Shown: positions 25,264 through 32,000 of the stretch, in pieces | Layout: each line of letters opens with the position of its first letter | How positions within the stretch are numbered: position 1 is the first letter of the stretch | NCBI RefSeq assembly: GCF_000012805.1 | Contig: NC_007484.1 | Span: 750,001 to 782,000 of the forward strand | Source of the DNA: Nitrosococcus oceani ATCC 19707 | GTDB lineage: Bacteria > Pseudomonadota > Gammaproteobacteria > Nitrosococcales > Nitrosococcaceae | Direction of reading: 5' to 3' | DNA: 32,000 nt | Position numbers and translations under genes: made by a program | Notes under the pieces: model-generated | Databases searched by the model: none | What the model was told of the DNA's origin: nothing | Seen by the model: the letters and a program-made list of their open reading frames with translations, nothing else

Positions 25264-26262
25264 ATGGTTAAATCGAAGATAGTGCGTCTTATTATCACAA
25301 ATTTTTATACTAGTATAATAGCTTCTGCCATTCTTTTTTCTACTCCTGCCCTGGCAGTAACTTTTGCATTGCCTTCGTTAGGAGAGACAGTAGTGGGGCG
25401 CAATCTTGTAGTCCCTGCAAAAGCTTCCGAGACTTTGCTGGACATTGCCCGCCGCTATGATGTTGGTTACAGTGAAATTAAAGCCGCTAACCCTGATGTC
25501 GATCTCTGGTTGCCCAAGGAGGGTAGTCTAGTAGTGGTTCCAACGCGGTATGTATTGCCACAAGCGCCCCGTAAAGGCGTAGTCATTAATCTGGCTGAAA
25601 TGCGGCTGTATTATTTTCCGGAATCCCCAACGGCGCAGCCAAGCACTGTCGTCACCCATCCTATAGGGATTGGGCGAGAGGGTTGGTCTACTCCCTTGGG
25701 GCGGACTTCAGTGATTAGCAAGAAAAAGAATCCCACCTGGGTTCCGCCAGAGTCGATTCGGGCAGAGCACGCAGCTGATGGAGATCCGTTACCAAAGATA
25801 GTTCCACCTGGTCCCGACAATCCTTTGGGTAAATTTGCCATGCGCCTAGGGATGCCGGGTTATCTAATTCATGGCACTAACCGTCCTTGGGGCGTAGGGA
25901 TGCGGGTGAGCCATGGCTGCATACGGCTCTATCCGGAAGATATTCTGAGCTTATTTAATCAGGTGAAGGTGGGCACTCCAGTCAATATTGTTTATCAGCC
26001 TTTTAAAGCTGGGCTCAAGGACGGCATACTTTATCTTGAAGCCCATGCCCCTCTTCCAGAACTAGAGAATTCGGAACAAGGTGGGTTGACCTCCATGGTA
26101 GCGGCTATCGTTGCCGTTACCGAAAAACCGGTTCCTGAAATTAACTGGGAACTGGCTAAGCGTACCACTGCTGATCGCACCGGGATTGCAACGCAAGTAA
26201 GTGGAGTAGGCGATGGAAATTCCCTGTCTCGAGCGGATAGGGACGCTGGGAACGAATGGTAA
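25264..26262 (+). CDS. L,D-transpeptidase (LysM + YkuD domains; ErfK/YbiS/YcfS-like)
   Basis: It has a signal peptide, a LysM-like segment (..ETLLDIARRYDVGYSEIKAANP..) and the YkuD catalytic motif ..IHGTN.PWGVGMRVSHGCIRLYPEDI.. Confidence 0.85.
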   Translation: MVKSKIVRLIITNFYTSIIASAILFSTPALAVTFALPSLGETVVGRNLVVPAKASETLLDIARRYDVGYSEIKAANPDVDLWLPKEGSLVVVPTRYVLPQAPRKGVVINLAEMRLYYFPESPTAQPSTVVTHPIGIGREGWSTPLGRTSVISKKKNPTWVPPESIRAEHAADGDPLPKIVPPGPDNPLGKFAMRLGMPGYLIHGTNRPWGVGMRVSHGCIRLYPEDILSLFNQVKVGTPVNIVYQPFKAGLKDGILYLEAHAPLPELENSEQGGLTSMVAAIVAVTEKPVPEINWELAKRTTADRTGIATQVSGVGDGNSLSRADRDAGNEW

Positions 26263-26302
26263 AGTTGAAATCAGTTACAAGGAAATTTTAACTTTTAAAA
26301 TA

Positions 26303-26356
26303 TCGTCTGGCCCGACTGCTTCGCTATTTTAGCGTAATAGCAGCCAGGTCAGACGA
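26303..26356 (-). terminator. Candidate intrinsic terminator for the Lpp-like gene, between convergent genes
   Basis: There is an imperfect 17-bp inverted repeat (TCGTCTGGCCCGACTGC .. GCAGCCAGGTCAGACGA, 3 mismatches) with an inner CGCTA/TAGCG mini-stem. On the minus strand it is followed by TATTTTAAAAG. Confidence 0.4.
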
Positions 26357-26370
26357 TGAGTGCTACATAC

Positions 26371-26682
26371 TTATTTACTCATTGCCTTTTCAAACATACG
26401 ATCAACTTTTTGTAGGGCTTCCTCGGCTGTTTGTTGGGCTTCCTCGGCTGTTTGTTGAGCATTGTCAGCCTTTATGGAGGCATCTTCCGCCGATTGTGAG
26501 GCAGAAGCAGCAGCATTTTGGGCGCTACGAGCAGTGTTTTGCGCTTCTTCGGCCGCATTTTTTACCTCTTGGACTTGGGATTCTAGCTGTTCTACCCGGG
26601 AGGTACCCGCGCAGGCACTGAGCAGCACCAAAAAAATCATGACGATACCGGACCTTAGGAGGTTATGAAAGCATTTTTTCAT
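26371..26682 (-). CDS. Lpp-like (Braun-type) coiled-coil outer-membrane lipoprotein with C-terminal Lys
   Basis: It has a signal peptide with lipobox LLSAC, an A/Q/E-rich heptad coiled coil, and a terminal ..FEKAMSK. Confidence 0.65.
   Translation of the reverse strand: MKKCFHNLLRSGIVMIFLVLLSACAGTSRVEQLESQVQEVKNAAEEAQNTARSAQNAAASASQSAEDASIKADNAQQTAEEAQQTAEEALQKVDRMFEKAMSK
26415..26456. repeat. Perfect 21-bp tandem duplication inside the Lpp-like gene
   Basis: GGGCTTCCTCGGCTGTTTGTT occurs twice (26415-26435 and 26436-26456). It encodes QQTAEEA twice on the minus strand. Confidence 0.95.
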
Positions 26683-27060
26683 TGTGGACTCCTTAATTAT
26701 TTCGTAAGAGAAGTTGCTGTAAAGAAGGGCGAATAAACAGAATGATCACTACATTTAAAGAACAGCATGAAAACTAGCAGGAAAAATTCAGAAAGTCCAA
26801 TAAAAGACTTGCAATTATAGCAGCAACTTACTGTTAATTAGGAATAACCGCCAGCATTATATTTCTATATTTAGAAGATTCTTTTACAAAATCGTGGCCC
26901 ACCGCCCTCCTGGGGACGAAGGGATTAAGCTGCCTACCGTTTGCGGCGGGCAAAATTCACAAGGTATTATAATATATAATATTTGCAGGGTCCGCCGCAT
27001 TGTTGGATGTGGCGCTAGCCATTTGATTTTTAAACCGCGTTTTTAGAAAAGGTTCTATTC

Positions 27061-27858
27061 ATGCATCCCCTCCTTAATATTGCTGTGCGTGCTGCGCGCG
27101 GCGCTGGTAATCTAATTGTGCGCTCTTTAGACCGAGTTGACCACCTCGAAGTGACGGTAAAGGGACGGAACGATTTCGTCAGCGATGTTGATCGCCTGGC
27201 CGAACAGGAAATTATTAGTGTCATCCGCAAAGCGTACCCTAGCCATGGGATTTTGGCTGAAGAAGGCGGTGGGCAAGCGGGGGATGAGACGGTTTGGGTC
27301 ATCGATCCTTTAGACGGTACGACTAACTTTCTCCATGGGTTTCCCCAGTTTGCCGTATCTATTGCCATAAAACACAAAGACCGCTTGCAGCATGCTGTAA
27401 TTTACGAGCCTCTACGGCAGGAACTGTTTACTGCCTCCCGGGGAGGCGGTGCCCAATTGAATGATCGACGGATACGAGTCAGCCAACAAAGAGGATTAGA
27501 AGGAGCCCTCTTGGGGACGGGGTTCCCCTTTAAAAAGCATCACTATTTAGATCGCTATCTGGCGACCTTTAAGGCCCTATTTCGCGATGCCGCCGATATT
27601 CGCCGGCCTGGTTCGGCGGCTTTGGATCTCGCCTATGTAGCGGCAGGACGTTTAGATGGGTTCTGGGAGATGAGCCTTGCCGAGTGGGATATGGCTGCCG
27701 GAGCATTGCTTATTCAGGAAGCAGGCGGCATTGTGACTAGTTTTTCTGGGGATCATGATTTCTTCGCTACTGGCAATGTGGTGGCGGGAAACCTTTCGGT
27801 GCATAAGGCCATCCTGCAAGCCATTCAGCCTCTGTTGGCGGAGGAATTTACCTCATAA
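27061..27858 (+). CDS. suhB: Inositol monophosphatase family protein (SuhB)
   Basis: Motifs: ..ILAEEGG.., ..WVIDPLDGTTNF.. and ..AALDLAYVAAGRLDGFWE.. . Confidence 0.85.
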   Translation: MHPLLNIAVRAARGAGNLIVRSLDRVDHLEVTVKGRNDFVSDVDRLAEQEIISVIRKAYPSHGILAEEGGGQAGDETVWVIDPLDGTTNFLHGFPQFAVSIAIKHKDRLQHAVIYEPLRQELFTASRGGGAQLNDRRIRVSQQRGLEGALLGTGFPFKKHHYLDRYLATFKALFRDAADIRRPGSAALDLAYVAAGRLDGFWEMSLAEWDMAAGALLIQEAGGIVTSFSGDHDFFATGNVVAGNLSVHKAILQAIQPLLAEEFTS

Positions 27859-27993
27859 TTCTTGCTTAACCCTAGCAGCTGCTTATGGGCTGTGCTTCAT
27901 CGTGTTTTGAAAGAGTAGCGGTATTACCCTCTGTCATTTCAGGGATTTTATTTTTTTCATCAAGATAAATTCATAGAGTCGGTTTCTATAAAT

Positions 27994-29823
27994 ATGGTCG
28001 ATAAACTACGTAATATCGCTATCATTGCTCATGTGGACCACGGCAAAACCACCTTGGTCGATCAATTGCTTAAGCAGTCTGGCACTTTTGATGAGTGGGA
28101 GACTGTGGCTGAACGGGTACTCGATTCCAATGATTTAGAACGGGAACGAGGAATTACTATCCTTGCCAAGAATACTGCCATCGAATGGAACGGTTACCGG
28201 ATTAATATTGTAGATACCCCTGGTCATGCCGATTTCGGTGGCGAGGTAGAACGGGTGCTGTCCATGGTGGATTCTGTGCTATTACTGGTGGATGCCGTAG
28301 AGGGTCCGATGCCCCAGACTCGGTTTGTGACCCAGAAGGCTTTTGCTCTGGGTCTTCGCCCTATTGTGGTGATTAATAAAATTGATCGGCCGGGCAGTCG
28401 CCCCAATTGGGTGCTGGATCAAACGTTTGATCTGTTCGACCGCCTTGGCGCAACCGAGGAGCAGCTAGATTTCCCGGTGGTTTATGCTTCTGCGCTTCAA
28501 GGCTATGGGGCCTTGTCGCCGGAGGTGCGTACTGGAGATATGACCCCTTTATTTCAGACCATCGTTCAATGCGTCCCCCCCCCGCGGGTAAACCTAGAAG
28601 GCCCCTTCCAAATGCAAATCAGCAGTCTGGATTATAGTCCTTACGTAGGGGTGATCGGCATTGGTCGCATTCAGCGGGGTGCGGTTAGTACCAACACCCC
28701 CGTGGAGATTTTGGATAGGGAAGGTCAGCGGCGCAGGGGACGGGTGCTGCAAGTCATGGGTTTTAGGGGGTTGGAACGGGTTGAGGTGCCTGAAGCCCAG
28801 GCGGGGGATATTATCGCGGTTTCGGGCATCGATAATCTGCGAATCTCTGATACCCTTTGCGACCCTGCCCAGGTTGAGGGGTTGCCGCCTTTAACGGTGG
28901 ATGAACCTACCGTGAGCATGACCTTTCAGGTAAATAATTCTCCTTTTGTCGGCCGGGATGGAAAATATGTAACCAGCCGACAGTTACGGGAGCGTTTACT
29001 CAGAGAGCTGATCCATAATGTTGCCCTGCGCGTTGAGGAAGGTGAAGACCCGGATAAATTCAAGGTCTCGGGACGAGGCGAGCTCCACCTTTCCATCCTT
29101 ATTGAGAATATGCGGCGGGAAGGGTATGAATTGGGTGTGTCCCGGCCCGAGGTGATCGCCAAGGAAATCGAGGGGGAACTGTGTGAACCTTATGAACAGC
29201 TCGTGGTGGATGTGGAGGAGCAGCATCAAGGCGCCGTAATGGAAAAACTGGGTGAGCGCAAAGGAGATCTTGTGGATATGGTGCCCGATGGCAAGGGACG
29301 GGTGCGTTTGGAATACTCTATCTTATCCCGCGGCCTCATTGGTTTTCAGACCGAATTTCTGACGGCAACTTCGGGCACCGGTTTAATGCACCATGTTTTC
29401 GACCGGTACGGGCCTATTAAAAAAGGCACCATTGCCCATCGCAAGAATGGGGTTTTGGTAGCCAACGGTGTTGGAAAAGCTTTGGGATATGCCTTGTTTA
29501 ATTTACAAGAGCGGGGGCGGCTCCTCATCGGGCCGGGCACTGAAGTTTATGAGGGCATGATCATCGGTATTCATTCGCGGGAGAACGATCTGGTTGTTAA
29601 TCCTCTAAAAGCTAAGCAGCTTACCAATATCCGTGCGGCTGGAAGCGATGAGAATATCTTGCTGACTCCCCCCTTACGATTGAGTTTGGAGCAAGCCTTG
29701 GAGTTTATCGATGACGACGAATTGGTCGAGGTGACCCCCGAGCATATCCGCTTACGCAAGAAATTTTTGCTGGAACACGAAAGGAAACGGGCCGCGCGGA
29801 GCAAAGTGGCGGCAGAAGGGTAG
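27994..29823 (+). CDS. typA: Translational GTPase TypA/BipA
   Basis: [19 protein letters not shown], ..[14 protein letters not shown].., ..NKIDR.. . At 609 aa it is collinear with BipA. Confidence 0.95.
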   Translation: MVDKLRNIAIIAHVDHGKTTLVDQLLKQSGTFDEWETVAERVLDSNDLERERGITILAKNTAIEWNGYRINIVDTPGHADFGGEVERVLSMVDSVLLLVDAVEGPMPQTRFVTQKAFALGLRPIVVINKIDRPGSRPNWVLDQTFDLFDRLGATEEQLDFPVVYASALQGYGALSPEVRTGDMTPLFQTIVQCVPPPRVNLEGPFQMQISSLDYSPYVGVIGIGRIQRGAVSTNTPVEILDREGQRRRGRVLQVMGFRGLERVEVPEAQAGDIIAVSGIDNLRISDTLCDPAQVEGLPPLTVDEPTVSMTFQVNNSPFVGRDGKYVTSRQLRERLLRELIHNVALRVEEGEDPDKFKVSGRGELHLSILIENMRREGYELGVSRPEVIAKEIEGELCEPYEQLVVDVEEQHQGAVMEKLGERKGDLVDMVPDGKGRVRLEYSILSRGLIGFQTEFLTATSGTGLMHHVFDRYGPIKKGTIAHRKNGVLVANGVGKALGYALFNLQERGRLLIGPGTEVYEGMIIGIHSRENDLVVNPLKAKQLTNIRAAGSDENILLTPPLRLSLEQALEFIDDDELVEVTPEHIRLRKKFLLEHERKRAARSKVAAEG

Positions 29824-29827
29824 CGAA

Positions 29828-30055
29828 ATGCGGTTATTATTTCTTGGTTTGGTTGCGTTATTAGCCTATTTTTTATTAAGAAAACTATTAAAGAATTATC
29901 AATTTAGCCGAAAGAATCAAGTAATAGATACTAGGCGGATGGTTCGTTGCGCTCATTGTGGGATTTTTCTTCCCGAGAGCGAAGCCCTGACAGAGGGCAG
30001 TCACAATTTTTGTTGCCGTGAGCACCGTGAATTGGCAAAAAGCGATAAAGGATAA
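29828..30055 (+). CDS. Small membrane-anchored Cys-rich protein (PP0621-family-like)
   Basis: It has an N-terminal TM helix and then a C-x2-C ... C-C-x2-H pattern (RCAHCGIFLPE..HNFCCREH). It lies directly upstream of a sensor kinase/response regulator pair, as is usual for this family. Confidence 0.5.
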   Translation: MRLLFLGLVALLAYFLLRKLLKNYQFSRKNQVIDTRRMVRCAHCGIFLPESEALTEGSHNFCCREHRELAKSDKG

Positions 30056-31685
30056 AAGAATCATCGAGATTGATGGCCAGGATATAGCGGAAGGACCTCT
30101 TCCTCCTTGGCGGCCGCTTGCCGTTTTTTGTCTCTATCGCTTGTTAATTGTCTCCTTGCTTTTGGTGGCCGTCATTACTGGTGCTGGCCCCGGTTTTCTG
30201 GGCGAATCTCACCCTAATCTATTCTTGATTACTAGTCTGGTTTATGCCGCCGCCGCCATTGCCCTAGGTGTTGCCACGATAGCTCGGATGGGCGGATTTT
30301 GCTTTCAAGTGTGGTTCCAGTTAACCTTGGATATTGGCGCTATTACGCTTTTGATGCATGCCAGTGGCGGTGTGCTCAGCGGCCTGGGAATGCTGCTGGT
30401 GGTAGTGATTGCCGCCGGGGGTATTTTAACGGTGGGGCGGACCGCTAGCGCCTTTGCTGCCCTGGCCACATTGGCGGTGTTGCTTGAACAGTCTCATGCT
30501 CTCGTATTCCGTGATTTCGATACCGTTCACTATACTCAGGCGGGTTTATTAGGCGCCACCCTATTTGCCACGGCTCTACTAGCCCAGGTGCTGACAGCGC
30601 GGATTCGAGAGAGTGAGGCCCTCGCGGCCCAGCGGAGCTTGGATCTGGCAAATATCAGCCAGCTCAATGGGTACATTATCCAGCACCTACAGTCTGGAGT
30701 CCTTGTGATAGATAGGGAGGATACCCTGCGGCTCATTAATCAGGCTGGGCGAGCACTATTAGGGTTGAAGCCGGGAGGAGAAAAAAAATCGTTGGACCGG
30801 ATAGCCCCATGCCTGGCTAAACAGCTTAATTGCTGGCGAGAAGGACTACGCTCTCATCAGCCTGAAGCTTTCCGGTCACGTTGGGGACAATCCGAGATAT
30901 TGTCTAAATTCATCAGCCTGGGGCCCCGCTCAGGCACACTGATTTTTTTAGAGGACGCTTCGGCTTCGGCTCGCCAAGCTCAGCAATTGAAGCTAGCTTC
31001 CTTAGGACGGCTTACAGCGAGCATTGCCCATGAAATCCGTAATCCTCTGGGCGCCATCAGTCATGCCAGTCAACTTCTAAGAGAATCTTCCACCCTAAGT
31101 CAAAGTGAGCAGCGGCTGTTGGAAATTATTCTTAATCACTGCACCGGGGTAAACGGGATCGTTAAGAATGTCTTGCAGTTGAGCCGCCGGCAGCAGCATA
31201 GCCGTCTAAAAGTGTTAGCCCTCAAGCCATGGTTGCTGGATTTTCTGGATGAATTTTGCCGTACCCAAGGAATTGACCGGACAGAGGTGGCGCTCCAAAT
31301 TCGCTCCGGCACAGTTCAAGTTCATATGGACCCTTCTCAGTTTCACCAGATATTGTGGAATCTTTGCGATAACGCTCGGCGTCATTCCCGAAGCTTGGGC
31401 CGTATTCCTTGTTTTCAAATTTCAGTAGAGAGCGCAGTGGATATGGGCCAAGTCTTTTTGGAGGTCCTGGATAGGGGATCCGGTATTCCCAACGATATAG
31501 CCGATAAAATATTCGAGCCCTTTTTCACAACCCAAGGCACAGGTACCGGGCTAGGTCTTTATTTGGCCCGCGAACTATCGGAATGTAATGGTGCCAGTCT
31601 GGAGTATCGTCCAGCGCCTGGCGGAGGAAGCTGTTTTCGGCTTTGCTTTGCCCCCCTGGGCATGATGGGGGCGAATGTGGCATGA
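30018..31685 (+). CDS. Sensor histidine kinase, PilS/NtrB-like (multi-TM N-terminus)
   Basis: It has about 6 TM helices, the H-box SIAHEIRNPLG, the N-box ..LWNLCDNARRH.., and the G-boxes DRGSGI / GTGLGLYLAREL. The start is uncertain (GTG at 30018 or 30027) and it overlaps the preceding ORF. Confidence 0.8.
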   Translation: MSTVNWQKAIKDKRIIEIDGQDIAEGPLPPWRPLAVFCLYRLLIVSLLLVAVITGAGPGFLGESHPNLFLITSLVYAAAAIALGVATIARMGGFCFQVWFQLTLDIGAITLLMHASGGVLSGLGMLLVVVIAAGGILTVGRTASAFAALATLAVLLEQSHALVFRDFDTVHYTQAGLLGATLFATALLAQVLTARIRESEALAAQRSLDLANISQLNGYIIQHLQSGVLVIDREDTLRLINQAGRALLGLKPGGEKKSLDRIAPCLAKQLNCWREGLRSHQPEAFRSRWGQSEILSKFISLGPRSGTLIFLEDASASARQAQQLKLASLGRLTASIAHEIRNPLGAISHASQLLRESSTLSQSEQRLLEIILNHCTGVNGIVKNVLQLSRRQQHSRLKVLALKPWLLDFLDEFCRTQGIDRTEVALQIRSGTVQVHMDPSQFHQILWNLCDNARRHSRSLGRIPCFQISVESAVDMGQVFLEVLDRGSGIPNDIADKIFEPFFTTQGTGTGLGLYLARELSECNGASLEYRPAPGGGSCFRLCFAPLGMMGANVA

Positions 31686-32000
31686 AGGGACGCCCCGTGG
31701 TCCTTATAGTGGACGATGAGCCGGATATTCTGGAATTACTGGAGCTTACCCTGGCGCCCTTGGGTGTTGTCTGCCAAAAAGCGAGTGATCTTGCCAGGGC
31801 CCGTCAGCATCTGCAGCAACAGTCCTTCGATTTCTGTTTGACTGATATGCGTCTTCCGGATGGAGATGGCATCGAGCTGGTTAGGCTGATTAGTCAGTAC
31901 TGCCCGGAAACGCCAGTGGCGGTGATTACCGCCCATGGCAACGTGGAGACTGCCGTTGCGGCCTTGAAAGCTGGCGCTTTTGATTTTATCTCAAAACCGG
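31682..32000 (+). CDS. Response regulator receiver domain (probably a sigma-54-dependent NtrC/PilR-type regulator); 3' end outside the window
   Basis: MKGRPVVLIVDDEPDILELL..DMRLPDGDGIELV..VITAHG..A..ALKAGAFDFI.KP. It has an ATGA overlap with the kinase stop. Confidence 0.8.
   Translation, partial: MKGRPVVLIVDDEPDILELLELTLAPLGVVCQKASDLARARQHLQQQSFDFCLTDMRLPDGDGIELVRLISQYCPETPVAVITAHGNVETAVAALKAGAFDFISKP

Overview
The window has two parts.

(A) Positions 1 to about 18,050 are an accessory, mobilome-rich mosaic. In order, it contains:
- a frameshifted IS6-family element that truncates a relaxase gene
- an AT-rich block with an orphan 138-aa ORF
- a serine recombinase
- an orphan higA with only the tail of higB left
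- a heavily decayed AAA_13 (RloC/PrrC-like) ATPase gene
- an IS630-family element
- an intact sbcDC pair
- the stump of a second metallophosphoesterase nuclease gene
- an intact, translationally coupled four-gene operon at 10,075-17,933

The four-gene operon encodes a kleisin-like protein, a small acidic-tailed (KITE-like) protein, a 1528-aa SMC/ABC-type ATPase and a Toprim-motif protein. I read it as a divergent Wadjet (JetABCD/MksBEFG)-type DNA-sensing, anti-plasmid condensin system. It may be an unclassified subtype, and it is the main finding. The cassette is bracketed by 29-bp direct repeats that are 26/29 identical.

(B) Positions from about 18,100 to 32,000 are ordinary proteobacterial-type core genes: TRAP dctQM, dtd, pip, sucCD, glnB, bamD, an L,D-transpeptidase, an Lpp-like lipoprotein, suhB, typA, and a PP0621 / PilS-like / PilR-like module.

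I saw no rRNA, tRNA or CRISPR array. All calls come from reading the translated ORFs and the DNA by eye. No searches or computations were run.
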